The translations under genes and the position numbers were made by a program. The notes beneath the pieces were generated by a model. It saw only the letters and a list, made by a program, of their open reading frames with translations, was not told the DNA's origin and searched no databases. This document shows, piece after piece, positions 31,421 to 42,286 of a stretch of 64,000 bases of DNA. Source of the stretch: Thecamonas trahens ATCC 50062 (lineage: Eukaryota; Protista; Apusomonadida); NCBI RefSeq assembly GCF_000142905.1, contig NW_013657668.1:420492-484491 (forward strand), in the 5' to 3' direction. The first letter of the stretch is position 1. Every line of letters starts with the position of its first letter.

Positions 31421-32647
31421 ATGGACCCGACGCATACAATACCAAGCGAGGTTCTCCGCCTCTCCTCGCCGCCAACGTCTGACGAGCTCGCCTCGCTCCA
31501 CGCCCACTTTGATGATCGCGGCTATGTCGTCATCGCCGGCGTTCTCGAACCCGACGCCATCGAGGCCACCATCGACGAGCTGTGGACCTCGCCCGAGCTG
31601 CTCGGTGGCGCGCCGGGCCTCAGCCGCACGGATCCGACGACTTGGTGTGACGAGATCTGGGGGCAGGTCGCCGGAACCGGCGGCGGCGTCTCCAAGGGCT
31701 TTGTCGATGTCTCTGGTGACGGCACATCGCTCGCCGCAGCCTGGCACAACCGGACGGCTGATCGGGTCATCGACGCCTTTGCGGCGCTTCTCGGCACTGA
31801 TCGCCTCTGGCTGGTCGAGTCGCGCTTTGGCGTCATGCGACCGACGGTCGGCCTCGAGCTCGGCCCCAATGGCGCCGCCGTCGACCGTCCCAAGTGGCGG
31901 ACGGCGGCCTCATGGCTCCACTGGGACCAGAACCCGTGGCTCGAACCGGGCTTCCGCGGCGTCCAGGGCATCCTCACCCTCACCGATGCCACGCCAACCT
32001 CGGGCGGCTTCTGCTGCGTCCCGGGCTTCCACGCCGCTGAGTTTGCTGACTGGCCGGCCGCCCACCCGCCCGAGACCGTTCCCACCTCGGGCCGCCCACT
32101 CGTCGTTGTTCCAGCGAACGATCCCATGCACGATCGCGTTGTTCGCGTCTGTGCCCCCGCGGGCTCGCTCATCATCTGGGACTCGCGTCTGCCGCACCAG
32201 AACTTCCCCAACACCGACTCCTCCTGGCGCATCGTGCAGTACATCACCTTTGATCGTGCTCCGCTCGACGATCCTGAGGCAGCCTCTCTCCGCTCCGCGC
32301 GAGCCCTTCGCAAGGCCTCGCTCGTTCGCGACGCTGCCGGCTCGCCACTAGCCCTCGCTGATGCTTTCGCCGACACCTCACGCTTCCCGGGCCTCCTCAC
32401 CGACCGCGGCCTGCAGGTCGTCGGCATCGTGCCCTACGATCAGCCGCCGTCGGCACTTCCGGACATCATCGCCGCGTGGGAGGCCAACAACAGCGTCGAC
32501 CGGCGCGACGTCCACGGTCTCTCGGCTCGCGAGCTCTTTGACGCCGCATCTGCAGCCGAGCTCTCTGGTGACATCACCCGCGCTACCCGTCTCTACCAGC
32601 GCGCCTTCCGCCTCAATCCAAACGTTGATGCCGCGCCGCGCCTTTAG
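31421..32647 (+). CDS. PhyH-like Fe(II)/2-oxoglutarate dioxygenase
   Basis: FDDRGYVVI, LHWDQNP (HxD), VQGILTLTD..GGFCCVPGFH, AGSLIIWDSRLPH.N..R. Confidence 0.9.
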   Translation: MDPTHTIPSEVLRLSSPPTSDELASLHAHFDDRGYVVIAGVLEPDAIEATIDELWTSPELLGGAPGLSRTDPTTWCDEIWGQVAGTGGGVSKGFVDVSGDGTSLAAAWHNRTADRVIDAFAALLGTDRLWLVESRFGVMRPTVGLELGPNGAAVDRPKWRTAASWLHWDQNPWLEPGFRGVQGILTLTDATPTSGGFCCVPGFHAAEFADWPAAHPPETVPTSGRPLVVVPANDPMHDRVVRVCAPAGSLIIWDSRLPHQNFPNTDSSWRIVQYITFDRAPLDDPEAASLRSARALRKASLVRDAAGSPLALADAFADTSRFPGLLTDRGLQVVGIVPYDQPPSALPDIIAAWEANNSVDRRDVHGLSARELFDAASAAELSGDITRATRLYQRAFRLNPNVDAAPRL

Positions 32648-32898
32648 CTACGTGTACAACTCAGGACGCAAGACAGCACATCTATCTACCCACAACTCTG
32701 CCCTCTGCCCCGATCCCTTCCGATCTTCCCCCCCCCCCCCTCCGCCCGCCATTGCCGTCACGTCGAGTCGCCGTCGGCCGACCGACCGACCGACCGTCGA
32801 CAAACCGATAGCGACTCGATGCTCCCACTGACCTCGCCCCCCCCCCCTCACCACTACAACCACCGCCACACTCCACTCTGCACCTGCCACCAAACGAG

Positions 32899-35157
32899 AT
32901 GGCGGGGCGCGGAGCAATGCGCAATCTTCCTGCATGGATGCAGAAGCCCGGAGGGGAGGCAGGCGGAGCTGCTGCTGTACCCGGAGCCGGAGCAGTGGGG
33001 CAGCGGCAGACCAGCGGGCTTCACCACCACGGCCAGAGTCACAGCCTCGGCCACCAGCAGCAGCAGCCTATGGCCATGGACATAGGCATGGGGAGAGGCA
33101 GGGGAAGGGGCAGGGGAAGGAGTATGGGGAGAAATGCTCCCCTCGCGCAGCCGGGCCTGCATGCCCAGCCGGGCCTCCGCCAGCCTCTGCCTGGACATAG
33201 TCACCACGGCCAGCATCAGAGCCAGCATCACAGCCACCATGGCCATCATGGGCAGCCGCGGGCAAGCCATTATCACACGGGGAATCACTCTCAGTCCGGT
33301 CCTGGTCCTAGTTCTGGTGCTGGTGCTGCGGTGGCGGCTCCGCATCAGGCGACGACCACATCGGCATCCGCTACTGCTGCTGCTGCTGCTGCATCAAGCG
33401 AGCCGCCTCTGGCGCCCGGATGGGAGGAGCACAAGGCGCCGTCGGGCCAGTCGTACTACTACAACCCGAGCACAAAGGAGTCGGTCTGGGTCCGCCCTGT
33501 GGCCAAAACAGCAGCTGCTGGCTCCGCGCTTGCTGCGCCTCAGTCTCAGCCGGCGGCCGCCGCATCGGCGGCCATGCCCTGGCGTGAGTGCACGGCAGAC
33601 ACAGGCATGCCGTACTACTACAACGAGGTGACTGGAAAGTCGGTCTGGGTCATGCCGCCCGAGTACAAGGCCTACATCGAGGCCAAGAACCCATCGGCGA
33701 AACCCGCAGCCGCCGCAGCGGTGCCCAGCCCGCAAAAGGCGCCGGCCGCAGCAAAGTCCAGGTCGGCAACAAGGGCCAAGCCGGCGGAAAAGGCCAAGCC
33801 GGTGCCGGTCGTCGAGCCAGTCAAGAAGGAGCCAGTCGTGGCAGTTTCCAAGGATGAGGCCCGCAATCTGTTCAAGGTCATGCTCAGTGAGGCTCGCGTT
33901 AACCCGCGACTGCGTTACGACGAGGTCGAGGCCGAGCTTGGCTCGGACCCTCGGTTCAGTATGCTGCGGTCTGTGGCTGAACGCCGCGCGCTCTATGGTG
34001 CGTGGTCGACAAGCGAGATGCAGCGCCGCTCCGCCGCCGCCGCCGACGCCAAGAAGGCCGTCTTTGACAACTTTTTGGCCATGGTCAAGGATCTTGACGG
34101 TGCATCCAAGACCTACGCCGCATTCCTCGACGCCGCCGCAGACGACCCGCGCCTCATCGCCGTCGACTCGGTCTCGCTGCGCGAGAGTCTGTTTGACGAC
34201 TGCGTCCGCGCCATCCTCGACGCCGAGCGCGACGCCGAGCGCGACGCCAAGGCCAAGGCCGAGGCCGAATTTGTCGCCTTTATGGCCTCAGACAGTGCGG
34301 GCGTGACCAAGGACTCGACCTGGTTTGCCTGGCTCGAAGCACATCGCGAGACCCTCGCCCGTTTCCACATGCTCCCGCCGCTCCGTATCCTCGACGGCTT
34401 TGCCGACACTGTCCGCAAACTTGAGGACGCCGACGCCGCAGCTTCCGATGCCGCCGCCGCCGCAGCCTATCGCGAGCATCGCAAGAAGCGCGATGCCTTC
34501 CGCTTGCTCCTTGCCAAGCACACGTCCGCCATCCGCGTGACCACCAAGTGGGACGAGTTTGTGCCCGCCATCGCCGCCGAGCCTGCGCTCCGCGAGCTAC
34601 TCGGCACCCCAGGCTCGACACCGCGCGAGCTGTTTGACGACTTTATCGCGGACAAGATGGTCCCGTTCCTTGCCGACCTCGCGCTTGTCAAGTCTGCACT
34701 GCATGCCAACGGCGTTGTTGTCACGCCCGACACGACCGAGGCCGAGTTCAACGCTTCCCTCACAGACCTACTTGCCGCCAACAAGCTCTCGGACGACTCG
34801 CACCTCGCTGACGCATACCAATACATGGTTGAGCACGCGAGCATGCCGGGCGTCGCGCCAGGCGTCGCGGCGTCGGCCCCTGCTGCCGCAGGCACCGCCT
34901 CTGTTCCCGACGCTGACCTTTCGGCTGAGTCTGGTGAGCTCTCCGGCTACTCGTCGTCCGACAACGACGACGACGCTCCAGCGCCTGCTGTCTCTGATGC
35001 CGGCGTCGACGCCGAGGCGTCGTCTGAGCCGCAATCCCGGAAGCGGAAGCGTGCCGAGCCTACTGCCGAGCCGACCGCCGAGCCCGCTGCCGAGCCGGTC
35101 GCCGAGCCCGCTGCCGAGCCACCGACCGCACGCCGCTCCAAGCGCGCTAAGCGTTAA
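32899..35157 (+). CDS. PRPF40: Pre-mRNA processing factor 40 (WW-WW-FF repeats)
   Basis: Two WW domains (WEEHKAPSGQSYYYN..SVWVRP; WRECTADTGMPYYYN..SVWVMP), FF repeats, RKKRDAFR, GSTPRELFDDFI. Confidence 0.9.
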   Translation: MAGRGAMRNLPAWMQKPGGEAGGAAAVPGAGAVGQRQTSGLHHHGQSHSLGHQQQQPMAMDIGMGRGRGRGRGRSMGRNAPLAQPGLHAQPGLRQPLPGHSHHGQHQSQHHSHHGHHGQPRASHYHTGNHSQSGPGPSSGAGAAVAAPHQATTTSASATAAAAAASSEPPLAPGWEEHKAPSGQSYYYNPSTKESVWVRPVAKTAAAGSALAAPQSQPAAAASAAMPWRECTADTGMPYYYNEVTGKSVWVMPPEYKAYIEAKNPSAKPAAAAAVPSPQKAPAAAKSRSATRAKPAEKAKPVPVVEPVKKEPVVAVSKDEARNLFKVMLSEARVNPRLRYDEVEAELGSDPRFSMLRSVAERRALYGAWSTSEMQRRSAAAADAKKAVFDNFLAMVKDLDGASKTYAAFLDAAADDPRLIAVDSVSLRESLFDDCVRAILDAERDAERDAKAKAEAEFVAFMASDSAGVTKDSTWFAWLEAHRETLARFHMLPPLRILDGFADTVRKLEDADAAASDAAAAAAYREHRKKRDAFRLLLAKHTSAIRVTTKWDEFVPAIAAEPALRELLGTPGSTPRELFDDFIADKMVPFLADLALVKSALHANGVVVTPDTTEAEFNASLTDLLAANKLSDDSHLADAYQYMVEHASMPGVAPGVAASAPAAAGTASVPDADLSAESGELSGYSSSDNDDDAPAPAVSDAGVDAEASSEPQSRKRKRAEPTAEPTAEPAAEPVAEPAAEPPTARRSKRAKR

Positions 35158-36652
35158 AGACCCGCTACACGCGCGCGAATCTGCTCCAGTACCGTCACAT
35201 CCCACGGGAGAGCAAAGTCGGTCTCGCCGCCGCAGCTCTCGCTGCCGACCCCGCTTTCGGCCGGAGGGAGGAGCCGCGCGACAGCGTCACGGGCAACTGA
35301 CGCATACTTGGCCCGCATATCGGCAGTCTCTGCTGAGAATGTAGCTTGGTCGAGCATATCAATGTGGCCGAGTGCAACAGCCACCTGCTCCTGTGGGTTT
35401 CGCGCACGGCCGATGGCCTTGTCGAGCGACGCCGCGGCAGTGTCGGCTCGCCCGGCGCCGAGGCAGGCTGCGGCATGATCGCGGTAGCTAGACGTCAGGC
35501 GCCACAGCAGCTTGGCGGTGTCTGCGGCGACAACCGGGTCAGCGACTGCCGCCGCAGCCTCGACATAGTCGTCGGCAGCAGCGTCGAGCTGGCCGAGCCG
35601 CAGCAGCGCAGTGCCACGGCGGATGAGAACGAGCGGCGAGCGCGGCGCCGAAGGCGCATGGAGTGCAGCCAGCGCCAGTGCCTGTGATGCGTCTGACACG
35701 CACGCCTCGAACCGCGAGAGCCGCAACTGGCAAATGGCGCGGTTGGAGAAGAGGAGTGCAAAATTGGGATCAATCTCGATGGCCCGGTCGTACGCATTGA
35801 GCGCCGACGGGATGTCGGCGCTGAGCAGAAACTCGTCGCCCTTGAGCTTGAGCCACTGCGCAGAGGCGTCGGCAATGTTAGCCTGTCCGCCCGCGCCATC
35901 GTCATCCGCCAGCGCCGTCGTCGACCGCTTGAGAATGGCCTCCTCCTGCGCAACCTTGGATTCGCGCGCCGGAGTGGGAAAACCCGCTCTGAGAACCCGA
36001 CCTCGATCTCGGTCGTGGCGCGGACAGGGGGCAGCGACGCTTCGGCGGCAGCCTGTCGCGCCTTGCGCGCTGCCAACGCCTGGGCCCTCGACACGGGCGA
36101 TGGCTGTGAGACCTTGGCGGCGGCGGCGGCCTCGGCTTCGGCAGCAGCAGCCGAGTAGACATCGGCCATGGCGGCAGCCTCTTCGGCGGCCTTGCGCTCG
36201 GCCATGAGCTCGCGCTTGCGCCTGCCGACATCCACAGAAGCCGCAACCGCCTCGCGCGATGTGCGAGCTGCCGCCACCTTTGCGGCCTTTGCCTTTTCGA
36301 CAGCTGCCTCTGCCGCGGCATCGACAAAGGCAGCACGGCGAGCAGCCAGAGTGGCGCGATCGGCCGAGGAGCAGAGGAGTGAGGGCCACTCGCCACGGGC
36401 TGATGGCGCCTTGTCGACGGTGAGGGTGATGAGATCTTGAGAGACAAGCACATTGAGCGAGTCGCCCTCCACAGCGTCATGCAAATCCAGATGAACAACA
36501 TGGTGCGGAGGGTAGAAGAGCTTGAGATACGCGCCGTGGCAGAAGACGTCCACCTTGCCGGCCTCCACCTTGCCCACCACACCCTCGGGGATGACATTGA
36601 CCACAAGCCGGTCGTCCGTCTCGCGGTACGTGTACGGGAGACTAAGCGGCAT
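35154..36652 (-). CDS. DNAAF4: Dynein axonemal assembly factor 4 (CS/p23 + TPR); frameshift near 35980
   Basis: N-terminal CS domain (MPLSLPYTYRETDD..YLKLFYPPH), EVGFSERVF-PTPARESKVAQEE signature across the shift, WLKLKGDEF..SNRAICQL TPRs. Confidence 0.9.
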
Positions 36653-37148
36653 GTAGGTATGGGAGTTTGCTACGGGTCCTTCGCTCCACTTGACGTAGCG
36701 AAGCGTGAGGTGGTGCTCTGGTGGTGGTTGGTGAGGTGGGGGACAGGTGGGGGGGGGAAGGGGGGGGGGGAGGGAGGGGACTTGGCGCGCATCGCCGATG
36801 AGCCCATGGCGGTCGCTGGCCGATTGCTGCTGGTCGCGACGGGCTGCCGAGACGGCAGATGGAGACAGCAGATGGAGATAGCAGAAACGGTGCGAGGTGC
36901 AGGTGAGACAAGGTTGACTGGTGAGCTATGCTGGATCGAAGTGCCGGATGGGGTCGATCTACATGGCGCGCAAGCCCACACGACAGAGCTGACGGGCAGA
37001 GGAGCGGCAAGGGAACAGGCACGGACACGTCGACCACAGTCGGGCCCACTTGACGCCACCCAAGCCCTCTCGTATTCGCCGTCTTGTCTCGCTTGGCTTG
37101 CTTGTCTCGCTTGTCTCACTTGTCAGTCTCGGTGGGTTCTATCGCACC

Positions 37149-37738
37149 ATGACCAACGGTACGGACAGCTTCCCTCTCCCTCTCCCCCTCCCCCCTGCCC
37201 CTCCCCCTCCCCCTCCCTCCTCCCCACCTACCCGGCACGGTCATAGCCGGCCATCGTTCACAGCACTGACCCCATCATCCCACACGCCGCATCGCCTCTT
37301 TTGGCCTCGCGCTCACATGGTAACCATCTGGTCGTCATCGTCTTCGTTATCGTCTTTGTCATCGCCTTCACCTTCGCCATCGCCATCGCCATCGTCATCG
37401 CCATCGTCTCCGACTTCGTCTTTGTCTCCGTCTTCGTCTCCGTCTTTGTCTTTGTGACTCAACTCGGACGTCATTCTCGGACCGATGGGCATGCCCGCCT
37501 GTACGCGTCTTACGGATGTACAGCATACTCGTTCGATGGTATGGTCATCATCTCGCTGCTGTTTGTCTGCACCATGGCCTACGTTCGCTCCGTCCCTCGT
37601 CTCCGCAAGTGGCTCATGTCCGAGCGCAAGGGTTTCTGGGGCATTTTCCACAAAGGGGGCGTCATTGGCTCAAGACTACACTCTCTCGTCGCCCTCTCCT
37701 GCCTCGCCATGGCCGTATATCTCATCGTCCTCAAGTGA
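37149..37738 (+). CDS. TMEM167B: Protein Kish-B; exon 1 37149-37158, intron 37159-37523, exon 2 37524-37738
   Basis: Spliced product [68 protein letters not shown]; intron GTACGG..TACAG. Confidence 0.92.
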
Positions 37739-38058
37739 CCTTGTCCAAGATCCGAGCAAGCCGCCCCCTCCCTCCCTCCCTCACACAACCCCCCTTGTGC
37801 CCATCGCCAAGCCAATCGCAACATCCCTCCACCCAGTCATCACTACAACTCCCACATGCTTCACACACCCCATACATTCTCCTCCTCCTCCTTTCGCCGT
37901 TACAATCTCTCCCATCCACCGTGTGGCACTTCGCCATCGCCACCCGGCCTCCCGACTCGGTCTCCACTCGCGCCATTTCTGCCCGCACCCACGCCTCTTC
38001 ACCACCACCACCACCACCACCACCACCACCACCACCTCCTCCTCCTCCTCCTCCACAT

Positions 38059-40317
38059 ATGGTGCGCAAGTCTTCCAAGAGCGTCAAGGGTGGCGGGAGA
38101 AAGAAGGCCGTCTCGTCTGCCTTCAGCTCGTCAGGCTCGGCCTCTGGCTCGTCGACGCCGTCGACAGCCACTACCACTGCCGCAGCGAGCGGTAAGGGCA
38201 AGGGCAAGAGCAAGGGCAAGGGCAAGGGCAAGGGCAAGGCAGCAGGAAAGGACAAGGGCGAAGGCAAGGGCAAGGGCAAGGAGAAGCAGATGCTGAACTC
38301 GTCTGAGCTGGGCGATACCCGCATTCCGGCATGGCGCTACTCGCGCGACAAGGGCAAGTGGTCTACCTCTGGCTCGCCGTTTGCCTCTCTCTCACTCGCC
38401 GATGTGGTAGCACTGCCGCCGCCACAATCGGCCTCGTCCTCGCCTAAGATCTCAGTTCTCACCTTTAACGTCTGGTTCCACGAAACCGAGAAGGAGCGCC
38501 GGACCGTGGCCCTTCTCGACCACATTGCCTCGCTTCGTCCGCTGCCGACCCTGCTCTGCTTCCAGGAAGTGACCCCGCCGTTTCTCAAGGCTCTTGCTGC
38601 CATGCCTTTTATCCGCGATGGCTACGCTCTCTCTGACTATGGGCCGTGTGGTACGCTGCTGCCCTACGGGGTCGTCATCGCCTCGGCCCTCCCCACCCTT
38701 GGCTTCCGCATTCTGGACATGCGGTCGACCCAAAACCGCAAGCTCCTCGTGGCTGAGACTGCCGTGCCCACCCCGCGTGGCTACTTCCCGGTTGTTCTCG
38801 CCTCGGTCCACCTCGAGTCACACAAAGCCTCGGGCTGGCTCCGCGTCAAGCAGCTGCAGTCCATCGTCTGGCCCGCCCTCGCCCGCTACCGCTACCTCGG
38901 CTTCCCGACCCTCACCATCCTCGCCGGCGACACAAACATCGACGACACGTGGCTCGACGAGAATCGCGCCCTCCTCGCCGCCGGCTACGAGGATCTGTGG
39001 CCGTACTGCCACGGCGCCGACACCAAGGGCTACACAGAGAACACAGACATCAACGACATGGCCCGCATCCACAAGCGCATCCCGGTCTTTGTCCGCTACG
39101 ACCGCATCCTTGCCCGCGTCCAGGACACACATCCGCTCTTTCCACCCTCAGGCCTCCCGCCGCAGCTCCGTGGCAACTCGCCCGTCCCGCCGCCAGACAC
39201 CTACTGGCGAGTCGACGACATTGTCCTTGACGGCACTGTCCCCTTCACCCACTCTCCACGCCCACTGTGGTTCTCCGACCACTTTGGCCTCCACGCCAAG
39301 TTTTCGCTCCACCTCCCACGTGCTCGCCTCGCCGCCTTCTTCTCCTGCCTCGCTGCCTGCTGCCACCGGGCCTCCAAGTCGTCGCCGGCCACACACTCCA
39401 CCCCCGCGCCCGACCGCGTCGCTCTCACTTCGCCGCCTACCCATGATCGACAGCACTCTCCGCGCAACTCGCTCCCGCCTCCAGCCAGCTCGTCCGCGCC
39501 GCGCAAGCCGTCATACTCGTACTCGTACTCGTACTCGACCTCATCGTCTGCTGTCACGCCTGCGCCTGCTGCGCTCTCCTTTTCGTCCTCCATCGTCACC
39601 ACCGATGAAGCCACCGCTACCGCAGCATCGCCCTCACCCCCTCGCCGTCCGCCGCCCGAAGGCTCCTCCAACTCACTCTCCAACGAGCTCAACCTCTCCA
39701 TGTATCTCAAGCGCCGCGCCGGAATGCGCTCCGTCGTCTTCCACGGCTCCTCGTCGTACGCCTCGTCGTCTGACTCGTCAGACTCGTCAGGCTCGTCCTC
39801 CATCGGCGACAAGACGCCAACGTCGGCTCGCATCCCGTCAGACGTCGAGCACTCCATGACGTCATCTTCGTCGTCGTCAGGCTGTGTCCGCCCCTCGGCC
39901 GCACACCTCAACGACAGCAGTGAGTCGGACTCGCGTGGCCGCACCCTCCCGTTCGAGTCCTCGCAACGCTCGCCGCCGGTCTCTATGTCCTACGCGCCAC
40001 TCTCTGCCAAGGCCTTTAAGGACCCGTACGGCTCCGACTACGTCCCACACTCCCGCTCGCCGTCGCGCCGCTCGCGCAAGTCGGGCAAGTCGCCACGCAA
40101 ACCGGGCAAGCGCTCTAAGCCCAAGCGTGGTGACGAAGACTACCTCTCGGACTTTATGCCCTTTGACGCCCGCTCGCCCCGCAGACGCGGTTCCGGCGGC
40201 GGCGACGGCTTTGTCCCCCACGAAGCCGGCTTTATCTCCAACCACAGCGCCTCACACCGCGCCCGCCACCGCAGCCGTGGCAAGTCGTCGTCCAAGCGCT
40301 CCCGCGAGCACCACTAA
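38059..40317 (+). CDS. TDP2-like endonuclease/exonuclease/phosphatase with Gly-Lys N-terminus and Ser/Arg-rich tail
   Basis: LTFNVW, FQEV, VHLES, AGDTN, RYDRI, SDHFG. Confidence 0.85.
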   Translation: MVRKSSKSVKGGGRKKAVSSAFSSSGSASGSSTPSTATTTAAASGKGKGKSKGKGKGKGKAAGKDKGEGKGKGKEKQMLNSSELGDTRIPAWRYSRDKGKWSTSGSPFASLSLADVVALPPPQSASSSPKISVLTFNVWFHETEKERRTVALLDHIASLRPLPTLLCFQEVTPPFLKALAAMPFIRDGYALSDYGPCGTLLPYGVVIASALPTLGFRILDMRSTQNRKLLVAETAVPTPRGYFPVVLASVHLESHKASGWLRVKQLQSIVWPALARYRYLGFPTLTILAGDTNIDDTWLDENRALLAAGYEDLWPYCHGADTKGYTENTDINDMARIHKRIPVFVRYDRILARVQDTHPLFPPSGLPPQLRGNSPVPPPDTYWRVDDIVLDGTVPFTHSPRPLWFSDHFGLHAKFSLHLPRARLAAFFSCLAACCHRASKSSPATHSTPAPDRVALTSPPTHDRQHSPRNSLPPPASSSAPRKPSYSYSYSYSTSSSAVTPAPAALSFSSSIVTTDEATATAASPSPPRRPPPEGSSNSLSNELNLSMYLKRRAGMRSVVFHGSSSYASSSDSSDSSGSSSIGDKTPTSARIPSDVEHSMTSSSSSSGCVRPSAAHLNDSSESDSRGRTLPFESSQRSPPVSMSYAPLSAKAFKDPYGSDYVPHSRSPSRRSRKSGKSPRKPGKRSKPKRGDEDYLSDFMPFDARSPRRRGSGGGDGFVPHEAGFISNHSASHRARHRSRGKSSSKRSREHH

Positions 40318-40323
40318 CACTCT

Positions 40324-42069
40324 TCACCGCCGTGGTGCGTATGGATCACGGCTCGGGCTCGTCCGAATCAGCACGTGCTCGCCCGGAATTCGAATCCGCT
40401 CCGGCGCTGGCGACAGTCGCATCGGCGGTCGCGTCGGCGAGCCGCTAGTCAGTGCTCCGCCGCCAAAGCTGCGTTCGAGCGCAAGGCTCGGCAGCGGCTC
40501 ATCTACCAGCCGGCGCCGTGGCGGGAAGAGCCCGGTCGGCCGCTTCCGCCCATCGTCCAGCGCGTCCCGGCTCCTGGCTTCGTGCACAAACGACGGCTGC
40601 TCGCGGAGCGCATACAACGCCGCAGATTCGCGCCGGCTTGCCTCGGAAACCTCCACACCGCTGCTGCTCGACTGCTGCCGTGGCGGCGGTGTCGGCTCGT
40701 GCTCGTGGTACGCCACCAGCTCTCGCGTCGTGTCTGCATCCGGCGTTACGGCTCTCTCCCCCTCTGCTGTTCCACTCTTCTCCTCCTTGCTCGCCACCTC
40801 TGCCCAGTTGAAGGAGCTCTCGCTCTCGCCATCGTCGTCGGCTTGGCCGCTTGCCGCCGACGCAAACGACGCCGCAGCCACCTCGGCCAGCTCGGACTCG
40901 TCGCCGTCCTCATCCGCAAACTCCCACGCCTCGCCCTCACCAGCCTCCTCGGCCTCGGCCTCGGCCTCGGCCTCTCCCAAACCCTCGGCCTCGCCTGCGC
41001 CTCCGTCCAGAGCCCAGTAGTCATCGTGCTCGTTGTCGTTGTTGGCCGCGGCCGCTGCATCAGCATCTAGGATCTCCTCTACGCGATCCACAAGTGCATC
41101 GACGTCCTCGCCGTCGGCTTCATCACTGCCGGCCTCGATCGTTCCAGCTCCTCTCACAGGCGCTGATCCGACGCCGCCAGCATCATCGCCGTTGGCCATT
41201 GCTTGCGGGCCAGCCTCGTCGGCGCCAGCCACGTTGGCTGCTGGCTCGTCGCTGGGAGCCTTGCTTGCAGCTGGATCCGGAAGCCCGCTGCGCTTCCGGA
41301 GGTAAATGCACACAATGTCGGCCGGGGCTGACCGGATGTCCTCGGGCAGCGATGTCAGTGGATTGCTGTCGAGCTTGAGCTTGGTGAGCGGGAGAGTACC
41401 GAGTGCATCCGGCAAATCCTCGATCTTGTTCTTGGCCACCGAAAATGAGGTGAGCGACGCAAGCTTGGAAACGCACGCCGGAACGGTGGCAAATGAGTTG
41501 GCGCCGACGTTGAGGACAACCAGCCGAGAGCAGTTTGCCAGGCTATCCGGTAGTGTCCGAAGTCCGAGGCCCGGCAGCGAGAGCGAGGTCAAGCTCTTGG
41601 GCAAGCTCGACTTTGCTGGATCAAACAACGCCGGCTTGACGATGAACAAAGCCTTGCCCTTCTTGCCTTGCGCCCTGATAAGCGCCGCCGCGTTGGACTT
41701 GCCCACGCCGTTGAAGCCAATCTTGAGGTCAGCAAGCGCAGGCAACTTGCTCACCACCTGCGGGATCTCCCTCACCGGATTGAACGCCAGATTGAGATCA
41801 GTCAAGGCCGTCAGCTTGGCTATAGCCGCCGGTAGATCCTCCAACGAGTTCCGTTGTATGTCCAGCACCCGCAGCTTGACCAATGGACTCAGATCCGGTT
41901 TGAGCTTGGCGATGGCGTTGCTCGAGAGGTCCAGCGAAGTCAGCGACGTCGTCTTGACCACCTCCTTGGGCACGCTCACATACCCACGCTTACTCAACGA
42001 CAGCGACGTCGGCTCATTCTTAACAAGTGCTTTGTCCTCACCCTCGAGCTTCGACTTGGCCCCACCCAT
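40324..42069 (-). CDS. LRR protein, N-myristoylation candidate, acidic C-terminal region
   Basis: MGGAKS start; repeated LxxLxLxxN units; LTSLPEDI..IVCIYLR cap. Confidence 0.85.
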   Translation of the reverse strand: MGGAKSKLEGEDKALVKNEPTSLSLSKRGYVSVPKEVVKTTSLTSLDLSSNAIAKLKPDLSPLVKLRVLDIQRNSLEDLPAAIAKLTALTDLNLAFNPVREIPQVVSKLPALADLKIGFNGVGKSNAAALIRAQGKKGKALFIVKPALFDPAKSSLPKSLTSLSLPGLGLRTLPDSLANCSRLVVLNVGANSFATVPACVSKLASLTSFSVAKNKIEDLPDALGTLPLTKLKLDSNPLTSLPEDIRSAPADIVCIYLRKRSGLPDPAASKAPSDEPAANVAGADEAGPQAMANGDDAGGVGSAPVRGAGTIEAGSDEADGEDVDALVDRVEEILDADAAAAANNDNEHDDYWALDGGAGEAEGLGEAEAEAEAEEAGEGEAWEFADEDGDESELAEVAAASFASAASGQADDDGESESSFNWAEVASKEEKSGTAEGERAVTPDADTTRELVAYHEHEPTPPPRQQSSSSGVEVSEASRRESAALYALREQPSFVHEARSRDALDDGRKRPTGLFPPRRRLVDEPLPSLALERSFGGGALTSGSPTRPPMRLSPAPERIRIPGEHVLIRTSPSRDPYAPRR

Positions 42070-42286
42070 CCAACAACCGTCCAGCCGAGTCAGATGCCGT
42101 CACCGTCACCGTCACTGTCACCTCTACGCCGCCAACCGTTGGCTCGCTCGCCTGCCCGCAAGCCGTCATGCCACACCCACCACCGCTTGCCGAATGCCAA
42201 CCAACAGGAAAAGGCCATAGCGATCGTTCCACCGTCGCCGCCACCACTCTACACGCAACTCTTCCCGGTCACAGGCCACCAGTTGT

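Noticed and set aside
37330-37455. Hydrophobic [12 protein letters not shown].. TM-like stretch upstream of Kish
   Set aside because: It is an (A/T)TCGYC-type hexamer repeat inside the inferred intron 37159-37523.
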